Part shown: positions 23,892 to 39,600 of the stretch, in pieces
Layout of the letters: each line of letters opens with the position of its first letter
Numbering within the stretch: position 1 is the stretch's first letter
Origin: Euprymna scolopes
Lineage: Eukaryota
Length of the DNA stretch: 64,000 nucleotides
Reading direction: 5' to 3' (one strand)
NCBI GenBank assembly: GCA_053919585.1
Contig: CM132791.1
Translations under genes and position numbers: made by a program
The notes under the pieces: generated by a model
The model's input: the letters and a program-made list of their open reading frames with translations, nothing else
Databases searched by the model: none
What the model was told of the DNA's origin: nothing

Positions 23892-24129
23892 GTTAGTCTG
23901 TTGTTTTATCCATTTTATTTCTGCTTCTATTGTATTAAAATATTTACATCTAAACATTAACTATCTTAATTAGAATGCAGAAAATAAATTTAAGCATAAA
24001 CAAAATACAAATTGATTATAAATACACAGAAAAATAAATAAGTGAAATAAAATATAAAAAAGAACTAAGATTAAATATTATTGAATATCAACACAAGTTC
24101 TACATTATTAAGTTTAAAGAATAATAATA

Positions 24130-24500
24130 AAAAATTTAAAACTCCAGCAATAAATGCACATTATAGGCAAACGGAACCACAAGCCTACGTACTCTGCCAA
24201 AAGGACATTGACGATTTGACCTGGTTGAAGGTGGCACGCTGCAAACTGCTTCCATACAGTAGAGGAATATAAGGCTAAGGCTGTGTACAGTGTTTTCTTC
24301 ACACAATCGAAATCTGTATACATTTCCTCAGTTAATTGCTGTGCACAGCACATACATCGCCTGAAAGTACATTGTGATAACACCTTCTAGATGCTTCACA
24401 CCACTAAGATGACATACTAGCCATTCCACTATTAACTGCCTGGCGTCACTGCCATCAAACACCGAAGTGAAGGTCACAATGCTTGAAATAACTTGTAACT
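24130..24500 (-). mobile_element. Heavily decayed Gypsy gag fragment (same group as 223-981)
   Basis: QQL...KKTLYTAL...WKQFAACHLQPGQIVNVLLAE aligns by eye to the intact gag. Confidence 0.65.
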
Positions 24501-24745
24501 TTATTAGGGAAAAGAGATAAACCCCCCTTTAAACAATATCTATCTATCTATAAATATAAATTCTTAATTCGAATATATGTGTCTATATGTTGTTTTTTCA
24601 GAGCGCTGAAAACCACTAAACTTATATATTGCTCTATTCTTAAATATTGAGTGTCTCCTTTTTGGCTAGGATCGCCCTGAAAGTATTACTTCAAGTAATA
24701 TCTATCAGGATTTTTCATCTGATTTCTAATCAGTGTCTTACCTCG

Positions 24746-24822
<77 letters not shown>

Positions 24823-24918
24823 ATTACATGTGGCAGTATGACTGCAGCAGCTGTCAAGTCAACCGAACAACAAACGTAAACTGAATGCTTCTTTCTACAT
24901 GACACAACACTGACAGTA

Positions 24919-25215
24919 CCGTCAATGCAATTTGACATGGTACCAAACATTTCTGCCAACATGATCCAGCATGGTATCAAACAATTCTGTTGACATGATT
25001 GGTAGGATCCCAAATGATTCCGTCAACATGATCGAACATGATTCCAAATAACTTTGTTGATATGACCTGACACAATGCAAACAATTCCACTGATAAGACT
25101 CAGCACAGTCCTGAACAATTCCATCGACATTGACCTGATATGATCCCAAACAACTTCATTGATAGAACCTGACACGATCCTGAACAACTCTGTCAATACA
25201 ACCTAACACGTTACC
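24919..25215. repeat. Degenerate ~34-bp minisatellite, ~9 copies
   Basis: Recurring ...AACAATT|CYRTYRAYAYGA... at 33-35 bp spacing. Confidence 0.7.
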
Positions 25216-25792
25216 AGAGCAACCTTGGCTGTTACTTGCTGAATGACTCAGGTATCGTCTTTTTGTAGCCCTTGGACAAACTTCCTTTTCTGCTGTAGGT
25301 AGGCCCAACTAAGACATTGGCACACAAGTCCTAAGTACTTCCACGCATGCTCATCACATTTTGAATTACAATGTTAACCAGTATTATCTGTAGAAAGAAA
25401 TTAATCAACGCTGAAGCTCCAGATCTTAGCCACTTATTAATTATAAATTTAAGAACTAAAAAGAAAGTATTTATGTGATTTAAATTTCAGCATTTCGTGA
25501 GACGTCAAAAAAATTTTTAAATATATTTTGAAAAACAAAAATACAAAAAACTGCAGCATAGTTTAAAAAGAAATGTAATTTAAAAAACAAAAATACACAG
25601 ACAACTAGTTATCAAAAATGTTTAACTATGGATTACTGTCAGTTTCCCATAATTCTAACGTCTTGTTTTCCATCTAAGATTAGATGCCAAATAAAAAGCA
25701 TAGAAAACAATGCTTTAGAAATAGCTTAAGTAAACATGACTTTCTCATGATAGATTTTAAATCATTATTTTTTGTTATCTTTTTTATTTTAG

Positions 25793-25918
25793 GTTATGGA
25801 GACATGGCCATTTCGAATGCTGTGGGCAGTAATATATTTGATATACTCCTTTGCATGGGTTTTCCATGGCTGCTGTCCACACTATTCTACCAAAGAGATG
25901 TTCTTGTTTATAGTGAAG
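25793..25918 (+). CDS. SLC24A: SLC24/NCKX internal exon (alpha-2 repeat, second half)
   Basis: tttag|GTTAT...GAAG|gtgagc, 126 bp, phase 1-1; [28 protein letters not shown]; joins the previous exon in frame. Confidence 0.95.
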
Positions 25919-26879
25919 GTGAGCAAAATAATAATCAAGTACTAATTTCAAACCAATTCAACTACTTTTACAAATTAAAATTGAAAATAAAAAAATCATC
26001 TTTTCCAAATGATATTTTATTTATTTCCAACTCCAAAATTTCAATATCCAAAACATCTACGAAAAATTCAAAATATTTTTTTTTACAGAATTCTAAGCAT
26101 TTTTTAGATTCAAACTCATAATATTGATGAATTAGAACTTCACATTTAAAATAAAAGTTTTGAAATAATTTTGCCTTCGAACTTTTACTGATGTTTTAGG
26201 GGTCTGTCATTTTTTACCTGGTCTCAGTTTTTCTCACTCGGTAAAAAAAACTGGCAAAAGAACTGACTTTATTCCCTTGATTAACTATTAATTAATAAGT
26301 AACTAATTAAAAAATATTTAATCAAGTTCTTCATAAATTTGCATTAGTGATTAGACTCATGATTATATTTTCTTTTTTTAAAGAAATGCATTTCTTAGTA
26401 AAAGACATCTTTAATTTGAATAATTTAATCTTTTTTTTACTAAATTTCTGTAACATGATAAATTTCCCAAATTTTCTTTATTCAACACAATAAGATTCTT
26501 CAAAATGAATTTTTCAAAATGCTTGATTACTATCAATAAACACTATAAAATACGTTTGAAAATGAAAATAAAATCCTTTAACAAAAGCGATAATAATATG
26601 ATTGAACGAACAAGGTGATTCACCCATATAAAAGATATTAAATATTAACAAGAACATAAGTCATGAGATTTCATAGTTCTACTTGACAACATAAGGATAG
26701 GACAAAATCTCATCTATTCCTCACTGAAATTTACTGTTATCAAAGAGTATCATACGAATACATAGAAAAATGAGAAGCTGTGTTAGAATTAACAGCGCAT
26801 TTAGCAACAGCTTTGCTTTTAAAGTCAATTTACTGCTTTTGTTGCTCTTAAAATCATTGTCCAGGTTGTCTAGCAGAGA

Positions 26880-27600
26880 TGCTTTATGTTAATCGTTTGT
26901 TTGTAAAACAATGCAAAGTCTACATGTTAAGTTAAAAACTTGCAGGAATTGCATGGAAAGAGTCTGAGAGTAAATGTTAACAAAAACAAAGTGATGATCG
27001 GTGTTTGTAGTGTTGAAAATTCCTCAGAGAAAAGTTCCTTTACTCAAGTTTCTGGAATGTTGGGAGCAACTCAATTTTTTGTTGCACACAAAAATTGCAG
27101 TAAAATTAGAGGTTGTGAGATAATATCCAGTTTGTTTGCAAGAAGTGTAAGATAGTATGTTTGGAGGACGAGTCTATTGAGATTGTTTACAAGATTTTTA
27201 GTGTGATAATATCATTGGAGCACAGAGAAGCAATGGTGCTAATGTGATTGCAAGAATTATTGGAGCAAATTCAGAGAACTTCCACTATTACTGACATTAT
27301 TATTGATTACTATCGAGCAAGGGAGTGTAGGAAGGATGATGTATAAAAGTGAAGCCTGACCAATAAGAGTTGAGAATATGTGTTGCATAGAGAGAAATGA
27401 TATAAAAAATTATTTGATGCATGTAAAGGCTTAGATCAGGTGACTTCAGAGGAAGGTTAAATCTGGACAGGGAGCTGCCTGGTTATCTTAAAAGCACAGA
27501 TGAAAATGCTTGGATTAGAAGATGTAGAACCGTTGCTGTAGCAGGATTAAAAAGGTCAAGAAAAACATGGGAAGGAGTGATAAAAACTGATTTCTAAAAG
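26880..27600 (+). mobile_element. Decayed RTE-type LINE 3' fragment
   Basis: SLRVNVNKNKVMI, GSNSIFC, HKNCSKI, WSKFREL, RSRKTWEGVIKTD remnants. Confidence 0.65.
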
Positions 27601-27670
27601 CCGTTGTTACAGCGATGATACCAATGATAACATAATAAAAAGCATGAATTCAAATGAATAATTAAAGGAT

Positions 27671-30600
27671 TTCTTTATAATTCGATATTACACATGATTA
27701 TTTATGCAAGAAATTCTTTATAATTCGATATTACACATGATTATTTATGCAAGAAATTCTTTATAATTCGATATTACACATGATTATTTATGCAAGAAAT
27801 TCTTTATAATTCGATATTACACATGATTATTTATGCAAGAAATTCTTTATAATTCGATATTACACATGATTATTTATGCAAGAAATTCTTTATAATTCGA
27901 TATTACACATGATTATTTATGCAAGAAATTCTTTATAATTCGATATTACACATGATTATTTATGCAAGAAATTCTTTATAATTCGATATTACACATGATT
28001 ATTTATGCAAGAAATTCTTTATAATTCGATATTACACATGATTATTTATGCAAGAAATTCTTTATAATTCGATATTACACATGATTATTTATGCAAGAAA
28101 TTCTTTATAATTCGATATTACACATGATTATTTATGCAAGAAATTCTTTATAATTCGATATTACACATGATTATTTATGCAAGAAATTCTTTATAATTCG
28201 ATATTACACATGATTATTTATGCAAGAAATTCTTTATAATTCGATATTACACATGATTATTTATGCAAGAAATTCTTTATAATTCGATATTACACATGAT
28301 TATTTATGCAAGAAATTCTTTATAATTCGATATTACACATGATTATTTATGCAAGAAATTCTTTATAATTCGATATTACACATGATTATTTATGCAAGAA
28401 ATTCTTTATAATTCGATATTACACATGATTATTTATGCAAGAAATTCTTTATAATTCGATATTACACATGATTATTTATGCAAGAAATTCTTTATAATTC
28501 GATATTACACATGATTATTTATGCAAGAAATTCTTTATAATTCGATATTACACATGATTATTTATGCAAGAAATTCTTTATAATTCGATATTACACATGA
28601 TTATTTATGCAAGAAATTCTTTATAATTCGATATTACACATGATTATTTATGCAAGAAATTCTTTATAATTCGATATTACACATGATTATTTATGCAAGA
28701 AATTCTTTATAATTCGATATTACACATGATTATTTATGCAAGAAATTCTTTATAATTCGATATTACACATGATTATTTATGCAAGAAATTCTTTATAATT
28801 CGATATTACACATGATTATTTATGCAAGAAATTCTTTATAATTCGATATTACACATGATTATTTATGCAAGAAATTCTTTATAATTCGATATTACACATG
28901 ATTATTTATGCAAGAAATTCTTTATAATTCGATATTACACATGATTATTTATGCAAGAAATTCTTTATAATTCGATATTACACATGATTATTTATGCAAG
29001 AAATTCTTTATAATTCGATATTACACATGATTATTTATGCAAGAAATTCTTTATAATTCGATATTACACATGATTATTTATGCAAGAAATTCTTTATAAT
29101 TCGATATTACACATGATTATTTATGCAAGAAATTCTTTATAATTCGATATTACACATGATTATTTATGCAAGAAATTCTTTATAATTCGATATTACACAT
29201 GATTATTTATGCAAGAAATTCTTTATAATTCGATATTACACATGATTATTTATGCAAGAAATTCTTTATAATTCGATATTACACATGATTATTTATGCAA
29301 GAAATTCTTTATAATTCGATATTACACATGATTATTTATGCAAGAAATTCTTTATAATTCGATATTACACATGATTATTTATGCAAGAAATTCTTTATAA
29401 TTCGATATTACACATGATTATTTATGCAAGAAATTCTTTATAATTCGATATTACACATGATTATTTATGCAAGAAATTCTTTATAATTCGATATTACACA
29501 TGATTATTTATGCAAGAAATTCTTTATAATTCGATATTACACATGATTATTTATGCAAGAAATTCTTTATAATTCGATATTACACATGATTATTTATGCA
29601 AGAAATTCTTTATAATTCGATATTACACATGATTATTTATGCAAGAAATTCTTTATAATTCGATATTACACATGATTATTTATGCAAGAAATTCTTTATA
29701 ATTCGATATTACACATGATTATTTATGCAAGAAATTCTTTATAATTCGATATTACACATGATTATTTATGCAAGAAATTCTTTATAATTCGATATTACAC
29801 ATGATTATTTATGCAAGAAATTCTTTATAATTCGATATTACACATGATTATTTATGCAAGAAATTCTTTATAATTCGATATTACACATGATTATTTATGC
29901 AAGAAATTCTTTATAATTCGATATTACACATGATTATTTATGCAAGAAATTCTTTATAATTCGATATTACACATGATTATTTATGCAAGAAATTCTTTAT
30001 AATTCGATATTACACATGATTATTTATGCAAGAAATTCTTTATAATTCGATATTACACATGATTATTTATGCAAGAAATTCTTTATAATTCGATATTACA
30101 CATGATTATTTATGCAAGAAATTCTTTATAATTCGATATTACACATGATTATTTATGCAAGAAATTCTTTATAATTCGATATTACACATGATTATTTATG
30201 CAAGAAATTCTTTATAATTCGATATTACACATGATTATTTATGCAAGAAATTCTTTATAATTCGATATTACACATGATTATTTATGCAAGAAATTCTTTA
30301 TAATTCGATATTACACATGATTATTTATGCAAGAAATTCTTTATAATTCGATATTACACATGATTATTTATGCAAGAAATTCTTTATAATTCGATATTAC
30401 ACATGATTATTTATGCAAGAAATTCTTTATAATTCGATATTACACATGATTATTTATGCAAGAAATTCTTTATAATTCGATATTACACATGATTATTTAT
30501 GCAAGAAATTCTTTATAATTCGATATTACACATGATTATTTATGCAAGAAATTCTTTATAATTCGATATTACACATGATTATTTATGCAAGAAATTCTTT

Positions 30601-33600
30601 ATAATTCGATATTACACATGATTATTTATGCAAGAAATTCTTTATAATTCGATATTACACATGATTATTTATGCAAGAAATTCTTTATAATTCGATATTA
30701 CACATGATTATTTATGCAAGAAATTCTTTATAATTCGATATTACACATGATTATTTATGCAAGAAATTCTTTATAATTCGATATTACACATGATTATTTA
30801 TGCAAGAAATTCTTTATAATTCGATATTACACATGATTATTTATGCAAGAAATTCTTTATAATTCGATATTACACATGATTATTTATGCAAGAAATTCTT
30901 TATAATTCGATATTACACATGATTATTTATGCAAGAAATTCTTTATAATTCGATATTACACATGATTATTTATGCAAGAAATTCTTTATAATTCGATATT
31001 ACACATGATTATTTATGCAAGAAATTCTTTATAATTCGATATTACACATGATTATTTATGCAAGAAATTCTTTATAATTCGATATTACACATGATTATTT
31101 ATGCAAGAAATTCTTTATAATTCGATATTACACATGATTATTTATGCAAGAAATTCTTTATAATTCGATATTACACATGATTATTTATGCAAGAAATTCT
31201 TTATAATTCGATATTACACATGATTATTTATGCAAGAAATTCTTTATAATTCGATATTACACATGATTATTTATGCAAGAAATTCTTTATAATTCGATAT
31301 TACACATGATTATTTATGCAAGAAATTCTTTATAATTCGATATTACACATGATTATTTATGCAAGAAATTCTTTATAATTCGATATTACACATGATTATT
31401 TATGCAAGAAATTTTTTATAATTCGATATTACACATGATTATTTATGCAAGAAATTCTTTATAATTCGATATTACACATGATTATTTATGCAAGAAATTC
31501 TTTATAATTCGATATTACACATGATTATTTATGCAAGAAATTCTTTATAATTCGATATTACACATGATTATTTATGCAAGAAATTCTTTATAATTCGATA
31601 TTACACATGATTATTTATGCAAGAAATTCTTTATAATTCGATATTACACATGATTATTTATGCAAGAAATTCTTTATAATTCGATATTACACATGATTAT
31701 TTATGCAAGAAATTCTTTATAATTCGATATTACACATGATTATTTATGCAAGAAATTCTTTATAATTCGATATTACACATGATTATTTATGCAAGAAATT
31801 CTTTATAATTCGATATTACACATGATTATTTATGCAAGAAATTCTTTATAATTCGATATTACACATGATTATTTATGCAAGAAATTCTTTATAATTCGAT
31901 ATTACACATGATTATTTATGCAAGAAATTCTTTATAATTCGATATTACACATGATTATTTATGCAAGAAATTCTTTATAATTCGATATTACACATGATTA
32001 TTTATGCAAGAAATTCTTTATAATTCGATATTACACATGATTATTTATGCAAGAAATTCTTTATAATTCGATATTACACATGATTATTTATGCAAGAAAT
32101 TCTTTATAATTCGATATTACACATGATTATTTATGCAAGAAATTCTTTATAATTCGATATTACACATGATTATTTATGCAAGAAATTCTTTATAATTCGA
32201 TATTACACATGATTATTTATGCAAGAAATTCTTTATAATTCGATATTACACATGATTATTTATGCAAGAAATTCTTTATAATTCGATATTACACATGATT
32301 ATTTATGCAAGAAATTCTTTATAATTCGATATTACACATGATTATTTATGCAAGAAATTCTTTATAATTCGATATTACACATGATTATTTATGCAAGAAA
32401 TTCTTTATAATTCGATATTACACATGATTATTTATGCAAGAAATTCTTTATAATTCGATATTACACATGATTATTTATGCAAGAAATTCTTTATAATTCG
32501 ATATTACACATGATTATTTATGCAAGAAATTCTTTATAATTCGATATTACACATGATTATTTATGCAAGAAATTCTTTATAATTCGATATTACACATGAT
32601 TATTTATGCAAGAAATTCTTTATAATTCGATATTACACATGATTATTTATGCAAGAAATTCTTTATAATTCGATATTACACATGATTATTTATGCAAGAA
32701 ATTCTTTATAATTCGATATTACACATGATTATTTATGCAAGAAATTCTTTATAATTCGATATTACACATGATTATTTATGCAAGAAATTCTTTATAATTC
32801 GATATTACACATGATTATTTATGCAAGAAATTCTTTATAATTCGATATTACACATGATTATTTATGCAAGAAATTCTTTATAATTCGATATTACACATGA
32901 TTATTTATGCAAGAAATTCTTTATAATTCGATATTACACATGATTATTTATGCAAGAAATTCTTTATAATTCGATATTACACATGATTATTTATGCAAGA
33001 AATTCTTTATAATTCGATATTACACATGATTATTTATGCAAGAAATTCTTTATAATTCGATATTACACATGATTATTTATGCAAGAAATTCTTTATAATT
33101 CGATATTACACATGATTATTTATGCAAGAAATTCTTTATAATTCGATATTACACATGATTATTTATGCAAGAAATTCTTTATAATTCGATATTACACATG
33201 ATTATTTATGCAAGAAATTCTTTATAATTCGATATTACACATGATTATTTATGCAAGAAATTCTTTATAATTCGATATTACACATGATTATTTATGCAAG
33301 AAATTCTTTATAATTCGATATTACACATGATTATTTATGCAAGAAATTCTTTATAATTCGATATTACACATGATTATTTATGCAAGAAATTCTTTATAAT
33401 TCGATATTACACATGATTATTTATGCAAGAAATTCTTTATAATTCGATATTACACATGATTATTTATGCAAGAAATTCTTTATAATTCGATATTACACAT
33501 GATTATTTATGCAAGAAATTCTTTATAATTCGATATTACACATGATTATTTATGCAAGAAATTCTTTATAATTCGATATTACACATGATTATTTATGCAA

Positions 33601-36600
33601 GAAATTCTTTATAATTCGATATTACACATGATTATTTATGCAAGAAATTCTTTATAATTCGATATTACACATGATTATTTATGCAAGAAATTCTTTATAA
33701 TTCGATATTACACATGATTATTTATGCAAGAAATTCTTTATAATTCGATATTACACATGATTATTTATGCAAGAAATTCTTTATAATTCGATATTACACA
33801 TGATTATTTATGCAAGAAATTCTTTATAATTCGATATTACACATGATTATTTATGCAAGAAATTCTTTATAATTCGATATTACACATGATTATTCATGCA
33901 AGAAATTCTTTATAATTCGATATTACACATGATTATTTATGCAAGAAATTCTTTATAATTCGATATTACACATGATTATTCATGCAAGAAATTCTTTATA
34001 ATTCGATATTACACATGATTATTTATGCAAGAAATTCTTTATAATTCGATATTACACATGATTATTTATGCAAGAAATTCTTTATAATTCGATATTACAC
34101 ATGATTATTTATGCAAGAAATTCTTTATAATTCGATATTACACATGATTATTTATGCAAGAAATTCTTTATAATTCGATATTACACATGATTATTTATGC
34201 AAGAAATTCTTTATAATTCGATATTACACATGATTATTTATGCAAGAAATTCTTTATAATTCGATATTACACATGATTATTTATGCAAGAAATTCTTTAT
34301 AATTCGATATTACACATGATTATTTATGCAAGAAATTCTTTATAATTCGATATTACACATGATTATTTATGCAAGAAATTCTTTATAATTCGATATTACA
34401 CATGATTATTTATGCAAGAAATTCTTTATAATTCGATATTACACATGATTATTCATGCAAGAAATTCTTTATAATTCGATATTACACATGATTATTCATG
34501 CAAGAAATTCTTTATAATTCGATATTACACATGATTATTCATGCAAGAAATTCTTTATAATTCGATATTACACATGATTATTTATGCAAGAAATTCTTTA
34601 TAATTCGATATTACACATGATTATTTATGCAAGAAATTCTTTATAATTCGATATTACACATGATTATTTATGCAAGAAATTCTTTATAATTCGATATTAC
34701 ACATGATTATTTATGCAAGAAATTCTTTATAATTCGATATTACACATGATTATTTATGCAAGAAATTCTTTATAATTCGATATTACACATGATTATTTAT
34801 GCAAGAAATTCTTTATAATTCGATATTACACATGATTATTTATGCAAGAAATTCTTTATAATTCGATATTACACATGATTATTTATGCAAGAAATTCTTT
34901 ATAATTCGATATTACACATGATTATTTATGCAAGAAATTCTTTATAATTCGATATTACACATGATTATTTATGCAAGAAATTCTTTATAATTCGATATTA
35001 CACATGATTATTTATGCAAGAAATTCTTTATAATTCGATATTACACATGATTATTTATGCAAGAAATTCTTTATAATTCGATATTACACATGATTATTTA
35101 TGCAAGAAATTCTTTATAATTCGATATTACACATGATTATTTATGCAAGAAATTCTTTATAATTCGATATTACACATGATTATTTATGCAAGAAATTCTT
35201 TATAATTCGATATTACACATGATTATTCATGCAAGAAATTCTTTATAATTCGATATTACACATGATTATTCATGCAAGAAATTCTTTATAATTCGATATT
35301 ACACATGATTATTTATGCAAGAAATTCTTTATAATTCGATATTACACATGATTATTTATGCAAGAAATTCTTTATAATTCGATATTACACATGATTATTT
35401 ATGCAAGAAATTCTTTATAATTCGATATTACACATGATTATTTATGCAAGAAATTCTTTATAATTCGATATTACACATGATTATTTATGCAAGAAATTCT
35501 TTATAATTCGAAATTACACATGATTATTTATGCAAGAAATTCTTTATAATTCGATATTACACATGATTATTTATGCAAGAAATTCTTTATAATTCGATAT
35601 TACACATGATTATTTATGCAAGAAATTCTTTATAATTCGATATTACACATGATTATTTATGCAAGAAATTCTTTATAATTCGATATTACACATGATTATT
35701 TATGCAAGAAATTCTTTATAATTCGATATTACACATGATTATTTATGCAAGAAATTCTTTATAATTCGATATTACACATGATTAGTTATGCAAGAAATTC
35801 TTTATAATTCGATATTACACATGATTATTCATGCAAGAAATTCTTTATAATTCGATATTACACATGATTATTCATGCAAGAAATTCTTTATAATTCGATA
35901 TTACACATGATTATTCATGCAAGAAATTCTTTATAATTCGATATTACACATGATTATTTATGCAAGAAATTCTTTATAATTCGATATTACACATGATTAT
36001 TTATGCAAGAAATTCTTTATAATTCGATATTACACATGATTATTTATGCAAGAAATTCTTTATAATTCGATATTACACATGATTATTTATGCAAGAAATT
36101 CTTTATAATTCGATATTACACATGATTATTTATGCAAGAAATTCTTTATAATTCGATATTACACATGATTATTTATGCAAGAAATTCTTTATAATTCGAT
36201 ATTACACATGATTATTTATGCAAGAAATTCTTTATAATTCGATATTACACATGATTATTTATGCAAAAATTCTTTATAATTCGATATTACACATGATTAT
36301 TTATGCAAGAAATTCTTTATAATTCGATATTTAACATGATTATTTATGCAAGAAATTCTTTATAATTCGATATTACACATGATTATTTATGCAAGAAATT
36401 CTTTATAATTCGATATTACACATGATTATTTATGCAAGAAATTCTTTATAATTCGATATTACACATGATTATTCATGCAAGAAATTCTTTATAATTCGAT
36501 ATTACACATGATTATTCATGCAAGAAATTCTTTATAATTCGATATTACACATGATTATTTATGCAAGAAATTCTTTATAATTCGATATTACACATGATTA

Positions 36601-39600
36601 TTTATGCAAGAAATTCTTTATAATTCGATATTACACATGATTATTTATGCAAGAAATTCTTTATAATTCGATATTACACATGATTATTTATGCAAGAAAT
36701 TCTTTATAATTCGATATTACACATGATTATTTATGCAAGAAATTCTTTATAATTCGATATTACACATGATTATTTATGCAAGAAATTCTTTATAATTCGA
36801 TATTACACATGATTATTTATGCAAGAAATTCTTTATAATTCGATATTACACATGATTATTTATGCAAGAAATTCTTTATAATTCGATATTACACATGATT
36901 ATTTATGCAAGAAATTCTTTATAATTCGATATTACACATGATTATTTATGCAAGAAATTCTTTATAATTCGATATTACACATGATTATTTATGCAAGAAA
37001 TTCTTTATAATTCGATATTACACATGATTATTTATGCAAGAAATTCTTTATAATTCGATATTACACATGATTATTCATGCAAGAAATTCTTTATAATTCG
37101 ATATTACACATGATTATTCATGCAAGAAATTCTTTATAATTCGATATTACACATGATTATTTATGCAAGAAATTCTTTATAATTCGATATTACACATGAT
37201 TATTTATGCAAGAAATTCTTTATAATTCGATATTACACATGATTATTTATGCAAGAAATTCTTTATAATTCGATATTACACATGATTATTTATGCAAGAA
37301 ATTCTTTATAATTCGATATTACACATGATTATTCATGCAAGAAATTCTTTATAATTCGATATTACACATGATTATTCATGCAAGAAATTCTTTATAATTC
37401 GATATTACACATGATTATTCATGCAAGAAATTCTTTATAATTCGATATTACACATGATTATTCATGCAAGAAATTCTTTATAATTCGATATTACACATGA
37501 TTATTCATGCAAGAAATTCTTTATAATTCGATATTACACATGATTATTTATGCAAGAAATTCTTTATAATTCGATATTACACATGATTATTTATGCAAGA
37601 AATTCTTTATAATTCGATATTACACATGATTATTTATGCAAGAAATTCTTTATAATTCGATATTACACATGATTATTTATGCAAGAAATTCTTTATAATT
37701 CGATATTACACATGATTATTTATGCAAGAAATTCTTTATAATTCGATATTACACATGATTATTTATGCAAGAAATTCTTTATAATTCGATATTACACATG
37801 ATTATTTATGCAAGAAATTCTTTATAATTCGATATTACACATGATTATTTATGCAAGAAATTCTTTATAATTCGATATTACACATGATTATTTATGCAAG
37901 AAATTCTTTATAATTCGATATTACACATGATTATTTATGCAAGAAATTCTTTATAATTCGATATTACACATGATTATTTATGCAAGAAATTCTTTATAAT
38001 TCGATATTACACATGATTATTTATGCAAGAAATTCTTTATAATTCGATATTACACATGATTATTTATGCAAGAAATTCTTTATAATTCGATATTACACAT
38101 GATTATTTATGCAAGAAATTCTTTATAATTCGATATTACACATGATTATTTATGCAAGAAATTCTTTATAATTCGATATTACACATGATTATTTATGCAA
38201 GAAATTCTTTATAATTCGATATTACACATGATTATTCATGCAAGAAATTCTTTATAATTCGATATTACACATGATTATTTATGCAAGAAATTCTTTATAA
38301 TTCGATATTACACATGATTATTCATGCAAGAAATTCTTTATAATTCGATATTACACATGATTATTCATGCAAGAAATTCTTTATAATTCGATATTACACA
38401 TGATTATTCATGCAAGAAATTCTTTATAATTCGATATTACACATGATTATTTATGCAAGAAATTCTTTATAATTCGATATTACACATGATTATTTATGCA
38501 AGAAATTCTTTATAATTCGATATTACACATGATTATTTATGCAAGAAATTCTTTATAATTCGATATTACACATGATTATTTATGCAAGAAATTCTTTATA
38601 ATTCGATATTACACATGATTATTTATGCAAGAAATTCTTTATAATTCGATATTACACATGATTATTTATGCAAGAAATTCTTTATAATTCGATATTACAC
38701 ATGATTATTTATGCAAGAAATTCTTTATAATTCGATATTACACATGATTATTCATGCAAGAAATTCTTTATAATTCGATATTACACATGATTATTCATGC
38801 AAGAAATTCTTTATAATTCGATATTACACATGATTATTTATGCAAGAAATTCTTTATAATTCGATATTACACATGATTATTTATGCAAGAAATTCTTTAT
38901 AATTCGATATTACACATGATTATTTATGCAAGAAATTCTTTATAATTCGATATTACACATGATTATTTATGCAAGAAATTCTTTATAATTCGATATTACA
39001 CATGATTATTTATGCAAGAAATTCTTTATAATTCGATATTACACATGATTATTTATGCAAGAAATTCTTTATAATTCGATATTACACATGATTATTTATG
39101 CAAGAAATTCTTTATAATTCGATATTACACATGATTATTTATGCAAGAAATTCTTTATAATTCGATATTACACATGATTATTTATGCAAGAAATTCTTTA
39201 TAATTCGATATTACACATGATTATTTATGCAAGAAATTCTTTATAATTCGATATTACACATGATTATTTATGCAAGAAATTCTTTATAATTCGATATTAC
39301 ACATGATTATTTATGCAAGAAATTCTTTATAATTCGATATTACACATGATTATTTATGCAAGAAATTCTTTATAATTCGATATTACACATGATTATTTAT
39401 GCAAGAAATTCTTTATAATTCGATATTACACATGATTATTTATGCAAGAAATTCTTTATAATTCGATATTACACATGATTATTTATGCAAGAAATTCTTT
39501 ATAATTCGATATTACACATGATTATTTATGCAAGAAATTCTTTATAATTCGATATTACACATGATTATTTATGCAAGAAATTCTTTATAATTCGATATTA

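Noticed and set aside
25684-26121. 145-aa ORF as a whole gene
   Set aside because: Only 25793-25918 is NCKX-like and splice-bounded; the rest is intron read-through
26200-26245. Next SLC24 exon after TTTTAG
   Set aside because: Phase-1 translation (GVCHFLPGLSFSHS) has no resemblance to the expected transmembrane segment
27707-27720. Heat-shock element in the monomer
   Set aside because: GAA-A-TTC has a 1-nt spacer, not the required GAAnnTTC
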